Origin: a virus
Taxonomy: Duplodnaviria > Caudoviricetes
Virus record (IMG/VR): IMGVR_UViG_3300001533_001828
Coordinates: 1-53,545 of that record
Reading direction: 5' to 3' (one strand)
Length of the DNA stretch: 53,545 nucleotides
The position numbers were made by a program, and so were the translations under genes. Shown here in pieces: positions 36,201 to 45,911 of this stretch. Each line of letters begins with the position of its first letter. Within the stretch, counting starts at the first letter, position 1. Below the pieces are notes generated by a model. That model was not told the origin of the DNA. It ran no database searches and saw only the letters and a list, made by a program, of their open reading frames with translations.

Positions 36201-38588
36201 ATGTCGCTAAATTTAGTATCTCCGGGAGTCAAAACAAGAGAAGTTGACTTAACAATTGGAGGAGTAACTGCATCTAATGAGCAAATCGGTGCAATTGCTG
36301 GCCCATTTGAAAAGGGGCCTATCAATTTTCCAATTTTGATAGAAAATGAGCAAGATTTATTAAGAGTTTTCGGAAAACCAATATCTACAGATGCACAATA
36401 CGAATATTGGATGAGTGCATCATCCTTTCTCTCTTATGGTGGTATTTTAAGAGTTATTAGATGTGATGGAGATACTCTTAATAATGCAAACTCCGGAGTT
36501 GCATCATCTTCAACTACTGTTCAAATTAATTCTTACGAAGATTACGTAAATAATCACCAAACATCAACTGATTGGTATTATTCTGCAAAAAACCCAGGAA
36601 GATGGGCAAATGAATTAAAAGTATGTGTCATTGATAATTTTGCAGACCAAACAATATCTGGTGTTTCTACTTCTGGATTATCTGTTGGTTTGGGAGTAAC
36701 ACAATCAATTAGCGGAAGAGTTGTTGCTGGTTCCGGAACTACATCTTCGTCTGAAGGATTTATTAGAGGTGTTATTACTGGACTTGGTGTAAGTGAAATA
36801 TATGTAAAAGTTACTGATAGAGTATCTACAGCAGGAACTTCATACTCTACTGATTATATTGAAGGTGGTACATATGAATTTAAAGTTCCAGAGGTAACTT
36901 CATCAACAACCACTGTTGGGGTTGCTACAACATCTGGTTTCCTTAGTGAAATATATGACGTTTCAATTACTGGAATTGTTACCACAGGAATTCAACTTGG
37001 AGACATAGTTTCTGGAACAAGTGTTTCTGCTGGAACAACTGTTGTATCTATTGGTGCAAGTACAATTTATGTTGATAAGGCAATTACTGCTGGAATAGGA
37101 ACAACAACTTTCACATTTACTAGAAGTACAAGCACAACTTCAATTTCAAATCCAATTGAAGTTGTAACAACTTCCGGATTAACAACATCAACTATTGGTT
37201 CTTCTTCAGTTGTTATTGGAGATTGGTACAATCAGCAAACTCTAGGATTAACAAATACTACAATATATTGGAAATCTATTGCAGAAAAACCAAAAACATC
37301 AGAGTATGCAACTCAAAGAAATTCTAAAAATGATGAAATTCATATTGTCGTTGTAGATGATACTGGATCAGTAACTGGAGTTTCTGGAAATATCGTAGAA
37401 AAGCATACATATCTATCTAAATCTTTAGACGGAAAACTTTCACCATCAGAATCTGTTTATTATAAAGATTACATTGCAAGAAATTCTGAATATGTTTTCG
37501 CTGGATATTCTCCAACTGGGGAGTCCTCTGGAATTGTCGGTACTTCTTCAAGTATTGCATTTACAACAACTGGTGTTGGAAACTGGGGAGCAAATGCACA
37601 AAATGTTACTTTTTCTGTTTTAGGAAATCAAATTTATAATTTAACAGGTGGTGAAAATTATACTTCTTCTGGTGGTTATTCTGCTAGTAATTCAGATGTA
37701 TTATCATCTTATGAGTATATAAGAAATCCAACAGAATATCAAATTAATTTCTTGATTAATGGTCCTTCTGGCGGAAATGCTATTTATGATGCACAAGCAA
37801 AAGCTAATAAGTTAATTGAAATTGCAAATGAAAGAAAAGATTGCATTGCTTGCATTTCTCCTTACAGACAAGGGGTAGTAAATATAACAAATTCTGATAC
37901 TCAAACTACAAATGTTATTAGTTTCTTTGATCCTCTAACATCTTCTTCTTATGCAGTTTTTGATACTGGATACAAATATACATTTGATAGATTTAATAAT
38001 GAGTTTAGATATATTCCCTGCAATGCTGATATTGCAGGTCTAATGGCTAGAACATCAATAAATCAATTCTCTTGGTTCTCTCCTGCAGGTTCTGCAAGAG
38101 GGGCAATCAATGGAGCAGTAAAACTAGCATATAATCCCTCACAAGGACAAAGAGATCTTTTATATCCAAAGAGAATTAATCCTATTATATTCTCACCTGG
38201 TTCTGGAATTATTTTATTTGGAGACAAAACAGCTCTTAGTTATGCATCTGCATTTGATAGAATTAACGTTCGTCGTTTATTCTTAACAATTGAATCTACA
38301 GTTGAAAGAGCAGCAAGAGCACAGTTATTTGAATTTAATGATGTAATAACAAGGACAAATTTTATTAATATTATTGAGCCATTCCTTCGTGACATTAAAT
38401 CAAAGAGAGGTATTACCGATTTCTTAGTTATTTGTGATGAAACAAATAATACTCCAGATATTATTGATTCTAATCAATTTAGAGCTGATATTTTTGTTAA
38501 ACCTGCAAGATCAATTAACTTCATAGGACTTACCTTTGTCGCAACTCGTACAGGAGTAAGTTTTGAAGAAGTTGTTGGAAACGTTTAA
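36201..38588 (+). CDS. gp18: Tail sheath protein gp18
   Basis: SPGVKTREVDLT, WFSPAGSARG, LFGDKT, FDRINVRRLF, LFEFND, KPARSINFI. Confidence 0.96.
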   Translation: MSLNLVSPGVKTREVDLTIGGVTASNEQIGAIAGPFEKGPINFPILIENEQDLLRVFGKPISTDAQYEYWMSASSFLSYGGILRVIRCDGDTLNNANSGVASSSTTVQINSYEDYVNNHQTSTDWYYSAKNPGRWANELKVCVIDNFADQTISGVSTSGLSVGLGVTQSISGRVVAGSGTTSSSEGFIRGVITGLGVSEIYVKVTDRVSTAGTSYSTDYIEGGTYEFKVPEVTSSTTTVGVATTSGFLSEIYDVSITGIVTTGIQLGDIVSGTSVSAGTTVVSIGASTIYVDKAITAGIGTTTFTFTRSTSTTSISNPIEVVTTSGLTTSTIGSSSVVIGDWYNQQTLGLTNTTIYWKSIAEKPKTSEYATQRNSKNDEIHIVVVDDTGSVTGVSGNIVEKHTYLSKSLDGKLSPSESVYYKDYIARNSEYVFAGYSPTGESSGIVGTSSSIAFTTTGVGNWGANAQNVTFSVLGNQIYNLTGGENYTSSGGYSASNSDVLSSYEYIRNPTEYQINFLINGPSGGNAIYDAQAKANKLIEIANERKDCIACISPYRQGVVNITNSDTQTTNVISFFDPLTSSSYAVFDTGYKYTFDRFNNEFRYIPCNADIAGLMARTSINQFSWFSPAGSARGAINGAVKLAYNPSQGQRDLLYPKRINPIIFSPGSGIILFGDKTALSYASAFDRINVRRLFLTIESTVERAARAQLFEFNDVITRTNFINIIEPFLRDIKSKRGITDFLVICDETNNTPDIIDSNQFRADIFVKPARSINFIGLTFVATRTGVSFEEVVGNV

Positions 38589-38607
38589 TTCCTAGAGGTA
38601 ATCCAAA

Positions 38608-39249
38608 ATGGCTAACATCAACCCAATAAAAACAAATCAAAGAACATTAGATACCTTTAAAGGTAAAATGATTGGAGGTGGGGCAAGATCAAATTTATTT
38701 GAATGTGAATTATTTTTTCCAGATGATGTATTTTCTGCAGGAGTAACAAAAGATCAAATTTCCGACAAAACTAGATTTTTGGTAAAGTCTGCAAACCTTC
38801 CAGCTTCTAATATTAATGTAATTAGTGTTCCATTTAGAGGAAGAAATTTAAAGGTTGCTGGGGACAGAACTTTTGATCCTTGGACAATTACTGTCATTAA
38901 TGATGCTGATTTTTCGATAAGAACTGCATTTGAAAGATGGATGAATTTAATTAATAAGCACGAAGATAATGCAGGTAAAACAAATCCAAATGATTATCAA
39001 CAAGATGTTTTTGTAAGACAACTTGGTAGAGCCCAAACTAACGGATCATCACCAACATCAGATACTGATTTACCAGTTCTTAAACAATATAAGTTTTATG
39101 GTGTTTTCCCAACAGCAGTAAGTGCTATTGATATTTCTTACGATCTTGCTGATACAATTGAAGAATTTACTGTAGATCTTCAAGTTCAGTGGTGGGATGC
39201 TCTTGATTCTAATGGATCTACTCAACTTGGTACAAATCAAACAGCATAA
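38608..39249 (+). CDS. gp19: Tail tube protein gp19
   Basis: GGARSNLF, VPFRGRNLKVAGDRTFDPWTITVIND, IEEFTVDLQVQWW. Confidence 0.95.
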   Translation: MANINPIKTNQRTLDTFKGKMIGGGARSNLFECELFFPDDVFSAGVTKDQISDKTRFLVKSANLPASNINVISVPFRGRNLKVAGDRTFDPWTITVINDADFSIRTAFERWMNLINKHEDNAGKTNPNDYQQDVFVRQLGRAQTNGSSPTSDTDLPVLKQYKFYGVFPTAVSAIDISYDLADTIEEFTVDLQVQWWDALDSNGSTQLGTNQTA

Positions 39250-39275
39250 ATAGTAGAAAGTTTATTATTTTATTG

Positions 39276-40940
39276 ATGGCTAAATTATTTGGTTTTAAAA
39301 TACAAAAAACTGGAGATGAAAAATCCAAAAAGGATTTTATATCTCCAGTTCCCCCCAATGATGAAGATAAGTCAAATTTTTATGTAGAAAGTGGTTTTTT
39401 TGGCCAATATGTTGATATTGAAGGAGTATATAAGAACGAACAAGATTTAGTAAGAAGATATAGAGAAATGTCGCTCCATCCGGAGTGTGATAGTGCTATA
39501 GAAGACGTTGTAAATGAAGCGATAGTATCAGATTTAAATGATTCTCCAGTAGAAATAGAACTTTCAAATTTACCAGCTACAGATAAATTAAAAAGTATAA
39601 TAAGAGAAGAATTTAAGACAATAAAAGAAATTATGGACTTTGATAGAAAGTCCCACGAAATTTTTAGAAACTGGTATGTTGATGGTAGAATTTATTACCA
39701 CAAAGTAATTGATTTAAAAGATCCATCATCAGGAATTCAAGAAATAAGATATATTGACCCACTAAAAATTAAATTTATTAGAAAAGTAGAAAAAGATAAA
39801 TTAGATCAAAAATATTTTATATCTAATAAATTATCTAATAGTGTAGAAAATTACGATCATCCAGATATTGAAGAATACTATCTTTATGATCCAAATCCAA
39901 CTGTTAATATTGGTGCAACTTTTTCAAAAAGCAAAAAAACAGTTAAATTAACTAAAGATTCTATAACTTATATAACTTCTGGTCTTGTAGATAGAAATAG
40001 GCAAACTGTTTTATCATACTTACATAAAGCAATTAAAGCACTTAATCAGCTTCGTATGATTGAGGATTCTCTAGTCATCTACAGATTATCTAGAGCTCCT
40101 GAGCGTAGAATTTTCTACATTGATGTTGGTAATCTTCCCAAAATTAAGGCGGAGCAATATCTTCGTGATGTTATGAATCGTTATAGAAATAAGTTAGTCT
40201 ATAACGCAGATACGGGAGAAATCCGTGATGATAGAAAATATATGGCGATGTTAGAAGATTTTTGGCTTCCTAGACGTGAAGGAGGAAGAGGAACAGAAAT
40301 TACAACATTACCTGGCGGCCAAAATCTCGGAGAATTAGCAGATATTGAGTATTTTCAGAAAAAACTTTACAAATCTTTAAATGTTCCATCTAGTAGAATT
40401 GATGTTGGTGGTGGTGGATTTAACCTTGGACGTTCTTCAGAAATTTTAAGAGATGAACTAAAATTCACTAAGTTTGTTGGAAGACTTAGAAAAAGATTTT
40501 CTGAAGTTTTTAATGATATGTTAAAAACTCAACTTATATTAAAAAATATAGTAACTCCAGAAGACTGGGAAAAATTAAAAGAACATATTCAATATGATTA
40601 TGTTTATGATAATCATTTTTCAAATTTGAAAGAAAATGAATTATTAAATGACCAACTTGGAGTTGTTGCTGCAATGGAACCATACATTGGTAGATATTTT
40701 TCTGCAAAATATGTAAGAGAAAAGGTATTAAGACAATCAGATACAGAAATGATTGAAATAGATAAACAAATAGAAAAAGAAATAAAAGAAGGTATTATTC
40801 CAGACCCAAATCAGCAAATGGATATGACTGGAGAAACTGGTTCTAATGGATTTGATCTAGGGAAACCAATTATGGAACCAGATATTGAAAAAGATGGAGA
40901 TTCTACTCAGGCTGAAATGCCTAAAGGTGGAGAAATATAA
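39276..40940 (+). CDS. gp20: Portal protein gp20
   Basis: IFRNWYVDGRIYYH, NQLRMIEDSLVIYRLSRAPERRIFYIDVGNLP, EDFWLPRREGGRGTEITTLPGGQNLG; preceded by CATAAATA at 39245-39252. Confidence 0.97.
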   Translation: MAKLFGFKIQKTGDEKSKKDFISPVPPNDEDKSNFYVESGFFGQYVDIEGVYKNEQDLVRRYREMSLHPECDSAIEDVVNEAIVSDLNDSPVEIELSNLPATDKLKSIIREEFKTIKEIMDFDRKSHEIFRNWYVDGRIYYHKVIDLKDPSSGIQEIRYIDPLKIKFIRKVEKDKLDQKYFISNKLSNSVENYDHPDIEEYYLYDPNPTVNIGATFSKSKKTVKLTKDSITYITSGLVDRNRQTVLSYLHKAIKALNQLRMIEDSLVIYRLSRAPERRIFYIDVGNLPKIKAEQYLRDVMNRYRNKLVYNADTGEIRDDRKYMAMLEDFWLPRREGGRGTEITTLPGGQNLGELADIEYFQKKLYKSLNVPSSRIDVGGGGFNLGRSSEILRDELKFTKFVGRLRKRFSEVFNDMLKTQLILKNIVTPEDWEKLKEHIQYDYVYDNHFSNLKENELLNDQLGVVAAMEPYIGRYFSAKYVREKVLRQSDTEMIEIDKQIEKEIKEGIIPDPNQQMDMTGETGSNGFDLGKPIMEPDIEKDGDSTQAEMPKGGEI

Positions 40941-40943
40941 ATA
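40936..40943 (+). promoter_or_regulatory. T4-type late promoter
   Basis: TATAAATA overlapping the gp20 stop. Confidence 0.75.
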
Positions 40944-40969
40944 ATATATAGTTGTTATATTTTATTAAA

Positions 40970-41167
40970 ATGGACGAATTAGTAGATATGATGGTTTCTG
41001 ATGAATCACCAACAAAAATATCCGACAAAATTAAAGAAATTCTTTTTTCAAAGAGTGCAGAAAGTATAGATGCTGCAAGACCATATGTTTCATCAAGTCT
41101 TTTTGGTGAAAATGAGTCAGAATTTGAAGATGAAAATGGGGAAGATTTTTCCGATGAGGAAGAATAA
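40970..41167 (+). CDS. Small acidic prohead-core-like protein (gp67 position)
   Basis: ATG at 40970; very acidic C-terminus; lies directly after gp20, as gp67 does in T4. Confidence 0.6.
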   Translation: MDELVDMMVSDESPTKISDKIKEILFSKSAESIDAARPYVSSSLFGENESEFEDENGEDFSDEEE

Positions 41168-41433
41168 TGCAAAGAACCAAAGTTTTAAGTACTGAAGTAT
41201 CTTCTCCAACTACTGCAGGGGCTGCTTCAAGTATATCACAAGCAACTTGTGTAAGAATATGTAATGATACTGGAGGATCAGTTATTGTTGCTGTTTCTAC
41301 TTTTGTTGGTGCAGCATCATCTATTTTTTTTACTGTTCCTGATGCAACAGTAGAATTTTTAGAAAAAGCACCAAACGATGTTATTTGGTCTGCTTCAGCA
41401 TTAAAAGTAACAAAAGTAGGTTTTACAAACTAA
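41167..41433 (+). CDS. Hypothetical head-module protein (88 aa)
   Basis: TAATG coupling to the previous stop; lies between the gp20 and gp21 genes. Confidence 0.75.
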   Translation: MQRTKVLSTEVSSPTTAGAASSISQATCVRICNDTGGSVIVAVSTFVGAASSIFFTVPDATVEFLEKAPNDVIWSASALKVTKVGFTN

Positions 41434-41438
41434 AAGAA

Positions 41439-42089
41439 ATGAAACTTATTACAGAAGAAATACAAAAAGTAGAATTTATCACTGAAGGAAAAGGTTCTGC
41501 AAAAAAGTTTTATATTGAGGGAACATTTCTACAGGGTGAAACTGTTAATAGAAATGGAAGAATGTATCCAGTTTTTATTTTGGAAAAAGAAGTCAATAGA
41601 TACAATGAATCATTCATTCAGAAAGGTCGTGCTCTTGGGGAATTAGGCCATCCTGATGGTCCTACAATAAACCTTGATCGAGTTTCTCATAAAATTCTTT
41701 CCCTTGTTCGTGAAGGAAATAATTTTAGAGGTAAAGCACAACTTCTTTCCACCCCAATGGGAAAAATTGCATCTTCACTTATTGGTGAAGGAGTAACTCT
41801 TGGAGTTTCCTCTCGTGGTGTTGGTTCTCTTCGTATGACCAATGAGGGACACAAAATTGTTGGTGAAGATTTTATGCTTGCAACTGCTGCAGATATTGTA
41901 GCAGATCCATCTGCTCCCGATGCCTTTGTTCAAGGGATTATGGAAGGTAAAGAGTGGGTTTTCGTAAATGGAGAACTTACTGAGCAATTAGTAGATAAAA
42001 CATATAAAAGAATAAATACATTAGTTGATCAAAAAATGCTCGAAGAGCATAAACTAAATCTTTTTCAAAATTTTCTTTCAAATCTCTAA
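41439..42089 (+). CDS. gp21: Prohead protease gp21
   Basis: MKLITE start, NRNGRMY, catalytic His in GELGHP, catalytic Ser in GVSSRG, DIVADPSAPDAFV. Confidence 0.96.
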   Translation: MKLITEEIQKVEFITEGKGSAKKFYIEGTFLQGETVNRNGRMYPVFILEKEVNRYNESFIQKGRALGELGHPDGPTINLDRVSHKILSLVREGNNFRGKAQLLSTPMGKIASSLIGEGVTLGVSSRGVGSLRMTNEGHKIVGEDFMLATAADIVADPSAPDAFVQGIMEGKEWVFVNGELTEQLVDKTYKRINTLVDQKMLEEHKLNLFQNFLSNL

Positions 42090-42091
42090 AT

Positions 42092-42099
42092 TATAAATA
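42092..42099 (+). promoter_or_regulatory. T4-type late promoter
   Basis: TATAAATA upstream of gp22; GGAG Shine-Dalgarno near 42125. Confidence 0.8.
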
Positions 42100-42135
42100 A
42101 ATATAGATTTAATAAAGATAAATCGGAGAGTACAA

Positions 42136-43410
42136 ATGTCCCGTGGTAAAAATTTACAAGAAATGGAAGTAGGCACTACACAATCTAAAACTGCAGTAAA
42201 TGCTAATGCATCTGCAGCAGATCCAATGCAAACTGGAAATGCCTCTGGTGTTTTAACTCCAGGTCAAACTGGTAGTTGGGAAGACTTGGGCGGACCTACT
42301 CCCGAAAATTATCGTTCTGATGATGATTCTGCAAAATTAAAGGAACCATCTGCAACACTTAAGCAAGTTAAAGATGTTGTAAATAAAAATGCATCTGCTG
42401 CAGATGCAATGAAAAAAATGAAAGAAGAAATTGAAGATGAAGAAGGGGAAGAAGTAAATGAAGAGGATGAGTTTAGATCTGCCTTAGAAAAGCAAAGAGC
42501 AAAAAGAAAAGCAGAAAAAGATAGTCAGAAAAAATCTATTAAAGATAGAATGTCTGCTGCAGCAGAAAGAAACAAATTAGGAGAAGAAGCAGAAGAAGAA
42601 TATGATGAAGAATATGATGAAGAATATGATGAAGAAGATGAAGTAGAAGGTGAAGATGAATTTGTAGAAGAAGAAAATAATTTAAATTTAAATATCGAAG
42701 AAGATGTAAATGCTCTTCTTGAAGGTGAAGATCTTTCTGAAGAGTTTAAAGAAAAGGCAAAATTAATTTTTGAAACTGCAATTAATGCAAAAATTGAAGA
42801 AATTCACGAATCTCTAGAAAAACATTATGAGCAACAACTTCTAGAAGAAGTTGAAGCAATGAAAGAACAACTTGTTGAAAGAGTTGATTCTTACTTAGAA
42901 TATGTTTCTGAAGAATGGTTAAATGAAAATGCTCTAGTTGTAGAGCAAGGTCTTAAGTCTGAAATGACTGAATCCTTCCTCTCAGGAATGAAGGATCTTT
43001 TTGAAGCACATTATGTATCAATCCCTGAAGATAAATATGATGTACTTGAAAGTATGGTAGAAAAACTTGATGATATGGAGACTAAACTCAACGAGCAAAT
43101 TGATAAAAATATTGCTCTAAATAGAAGATTAGCAGAATCAGTTTCTGATGTAATTTTTTCAGAAGTAACTGAAGGTTTAGCACTTTCACAGAAAGATAAA
43201 CTTGCTTCTCTTGTTGAAAATGTTGAGTTTGATGGTGAAGAAGACTATCGTGAGAAGCTAGTAACCCTGAGGGAATCTTATTTCCCCAAAAATACTAAAT
43301 CTCCAAGAGATTTTTCTGAGACTCCTCTTGAAGGACAAAATATCCAGGAAGAAGTTTCTGGAGTAATGAGTACTTATCTTCAAAGTCTAAGAAGAGTTTC
43401 TAATAAGTGA
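42136..43410 (+). CDS. gp22: Prohead core scaffolding protein gp22
   Basis: Acidic coiled coil; LSEEFKEKAKLIFETA, VDSYLEYVSEEWLNEN, ESFLSGMKDLF; lies between gp21 and gp23. Confidence 0.92.
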   Translation: MSRGKNLQEMEVGTTQSKTAVNANASAADPMQTGNASGVLTPGQTGSWEDLGGPTPENYRSDDDSAKLKEPSATLKQVKDVVNKNASAADAMKKMKEEIEDEEGEEVNEEDEFRSALEKQRAKRKAEKDSQKKSIKDRMSAAAERNKLGEEAEEEYDEEYDEEYDEEDEVEGEDEFVEEENNLNLNIEEDVNALLEGEDLSEEFKEKAKLIFETAINAKIEEIHESLEKHYEQQLLEEVEAMKEQLVERVDSYLEYVSEEWLNENALVVEQGLKSEMTESFLSGMKDLFEAHYVSIPEDKYDVLESMVEKLDDMETKLNEQIDKNIALNRRLAESVSDVIFSEVTEGLALSQKDKLASLVENVEFDGEEDYREKLVTLRESYFPKNTKSPRDFSETPLEGQNIQEEVSGVMSTYLQSLRRVSNK

Positions 43411-43457
43411 TTTTTACGTTATAAATCAAACTAACAATTTCAAAAGAGGTAATTCAA

Positions 43458-44855
43458 ATGCAAATGTTCAATGCAGAGCATCTGCAGGAAAAGTGGGCAC
43501 CACTTCTAGACTACGAGGGTCTTGATAACATTAAAGATTCCCATCGTAGAATGGTGACTGCTGTCCTGCTAGAAAATCAAGAAAAGTTTTTAAGAGAAGA
43601 AAGTCAGTTTCTTTCTGAAACACCAACCAACGCTGCTAACGCTTCTGGTGCTTCTGGCGGTTTCAGTGGTTCTGCAACTCCTACTGGTCCAGTTGCTGGT
43701 TTTGATCCCGTTCTAATTTCCCTAATTAGACGTTCAATGCCCAACTTGGTTGCATATGACCTTGCTGGTGTTCAACCAATGAATGGTCCTACTGGACTTA
43801 TCTTCGCAATGCGCTCTCGCTACACCAATCAGAGTGGAACTGAAGCACTATTCGACGAAGCAGATAGTGCATTCTCTGGACAAGACTCTGGACGCGATGA
43901 AACTGCAGGATTTACCGATACCGCTGCTGGTATGGGTACAGCTTCACAGTCTGGAAGTAATCCTGGTCTTCTCAATCCTGTTGGTACTGCATCCTCTACC
44001 GGATATAATGTCGGTCAGGGTATGGTTACTGGAGATGCCGAGAATCTCGGATCTGGTGCAGGTGATCAATTCAACGAGATGGCTTTCTCAATTGAGAAAG
44101 TTACTGTAACTGCAAAGTCTAGAGCACTCAAAGCAGAATACAGTTTAGAACTTGCACAGGACCTTAAGGCAATTCACGGTCTAAATGCTGAAGCTGAACT
44201 CGCAAACATTCTCTCTACAGAGATTCTTGCTGAGATCAACCGTGAAGTTATTAGAACCATCTATAAGGTCGCTGAGCAAGGTGCTACTGCTAACACTGCA
44301 ACTTCTGGTATCTTTGACCTTGATATTGATTCTAATGGTCGTTGGTCTGTTGAGAAGTTCAAAGGTCTTCTTTTCCAAATCGAGCGTGATGCTAACGCAA
44401 TCGCACAAAGAACTCGTAGAGGGAAGGGCAATATGATCCTTTGCTCCGCTGATGTTGCTTCTGCACTCACAATGGCTGGAGTTTTGGATTATACCCCTGC
44501 ACTTAATGCTAACCTTAACGTTGATGATACTGGAAATACCTTTGCTGGTGTTCTCCAAGGTAAGTATCGTGTTTATATCGATCCTTATTCTGCTAACGTA
44601 TCTGCTAACCAGTATTACGTTGTTGGTTATAAAGGTTCTTCACCTTATGACGCAGGTATCTTCTACTGCCCCTATGTTCCTCTCCAAATGGTTCGTGCCG
44701 TTGGTGAGAACACCTTCCAGCCAAAAATTGGATTCAAGACTCGCTACGGAATGGTAGCTAATCCATTTGCTGAAGGTACTGATCAAGGTTCTGGCGGTCT
44801 TCGCATCAATGCAAACCGTTATTACAGAAGAGTTCGTGTTAATAACCTAATGTGA
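43458..44855 (+). CDS. gp23: Major capsid protein gp23
   Basis: LQEKWAPLL, GVQPMNGPTGLIFAMRSRY, KSRALKAEYSLELAQDLKAIHG, YCPYVPL, FQPKIGFKTRYG; GAGGT Shine-Dalgarno. Confidence 0.98.
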   Translation: MQMFNAEHLQEKWAPLLDYEGLDNIKDSHRRMVTAVLLENQEKFLREESQFLSETPTNAANASGASGGFSGSATPTGPVAGFDPVLISLIRRSMPNLVAYDLAGVQPMNGPTGLIFAMRSRYTNQSGTEALFDEADSAFSGQDSGRDETAGFTDTAAGMGTASQSGSNPGLLNPVGTASSTGYNVGQGMVTGDAENLGSGAGDQFNEMAFSIEKVTVTAKSRALKAEYSLELAQDLKAIHGLNAEAELANILSTEILAEINREVIRTIYKVAEQGATANTATSGIFDLDIDSNGRWSVEKFKGLLFQIERDANAIAQRTRRGKGNMILCSADVASALTMAGVLDYTPALNANLNVDDTGNTFAGVLQGKYRVYIDPYSANVSANQYYVVGYKGSSPYDAGIFYCPYVPLQMVRAVGENTFQPKIGFKTRYGMVANPFAEGTDQGSGGLRINANRYYRRVRVNNLM

Positions 44856-44876
44856 TTTAGAGTTACAACTCATTAT

Positions 44877-44904
44877 AAAAGACCCCAAATGGGGTCTTTT
44901 TTTT
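44877..44904 (+). terminator. Rho-independent terminator after gp23
   Basis: AAAAGACCCC-AAAT-GGGGTCTTTT followed by TTTT. Confidence 0.9.
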
Positions 44905-44928
44905 GTAATAAATAAAAATAAAACCACA

Positions 44929-45480
44929 ATGGCGAGCAATTCACCTTGGTCAAAACAAATATCAAATAGAAATTATCTTTCTCCAGTAGGATTTAAATTT
45001 TTAATTACAAAAATACCAAAGGTTGAATTTTTTTCAAACTCTGCCGAGATACCTGGTATTAATTTGGGCATTTCTGCTCAACCTTCTTATTTAAAAAGTA
45101 TTCCAGTTCCTGGTGATAATATTACATATGAAGATCTTTCTCTTGAGTTTTTTGTTGATGAAAATTTAGAAAACTATATAGAAGTTCATAATTGGATAAG
45201 AGGTCTTGGATTTCCATATAGTGTTCAAGAATTTATGGATTTAAAAAAAGATGATGAATATTATCCAGATAATGATTCTAGAAATCCATACAATGAATAT
45301 TCTGACGCTACTTTATTAATATACAATAGTAGTTTTAACATCATATCAAAAATTAACTTTAAAGATGTTTTTCCTATAAGTTTATCTCCAGTTAGATTTA
45401 ATGCAAAAGAGGAAGATATAACTTATGTGACTGCTAATGTCACTTTCAAATATACAATTTATGATATAGAAGTTTATTAA
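44929..45480 (+). CDS. gp3: Tail completion / tube terminator gp3
   Basis: NRNYLSPVGFKF, IPGINLG, PVPGDNITYEDL, FFVDENLENYIEVHNWI; position after gp23 as in cyanomyoviruses. Confidence 0.85.
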   Translation: MASNSPWSKQISNRNYLSPVGFKFLITKIPKVEFFSNSAEIPGINLGISAQPSYLKSIPVPGDNITYEDLSLEFFVDENLENYIEVHNWIRGLGFPYSVQEFMDLKKDDEYYPDNDSRNPYNEYSDATLLIYNSSFNIISKINFKDVFPISLSPVRFNAKEEDITYVTANVTFKYTIYDIEVY

Positions 45481-45482
45481 TT

Positions 45483-45911
45483 ATGAATCTTGACGAAATA
45501 CAATCATTATGGGAAAAAGACTCAATAATTGACCAAGATAACTTACATAAAGAGTCGATTAAAATACCAGCTCTTCACTCAAAATATTATAAAATTTATA
45601 ACAATATTTTATTACTAAAGAAAGTAGAAGAGAATAAATTTAATATATTAAAAAAAGAAAAATGGTTATATTATTCTGGAAAATCAGATCCAGAAGTATA
45701 TAAAGAAAATCCTTTTGATTATAAGGTATTAAGACAAGACATAGATAAGTATATGGATGCAGACGAAGAAATTATCAAGTCTTTATCTAAACTTGAATAT
45801 TATCAAACTATGTTAAATTATCTTGATAGTATTTTAAAAACAATATTAAACAGAACATATCAAATAAAAAACTCAATTGAGTTTATAAAATTTACCGCTG
45901 GTTATGGCTGA
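45483..45911 (+). CDS. uvsY: Recombination mediator UvsY
   Basis: WEKDSIID...ESIKIPALHSKY, YYSGK, RTYQIKNSIEF. Confidence 0.9.
   Translation: MNLDEIQSLWEKDSIIDQDNLHKESIKIPALHSKYYKIYNNILLLKKVEENKFNILKKEKWLYYSGKSDPEVYKENPFDYKVLRQDIDKYMDADEEIIKSLSKLEYYQTMLNYLDSILKTILNRTYQIKNSIEFIKFTAGYG

Noticed and set aside
43783-44757. Several alternative-frame and antisense ORFs inside gp23
   Set aside because: Explained by the strong codon bias of a highly expressed gene; no independent start signals.
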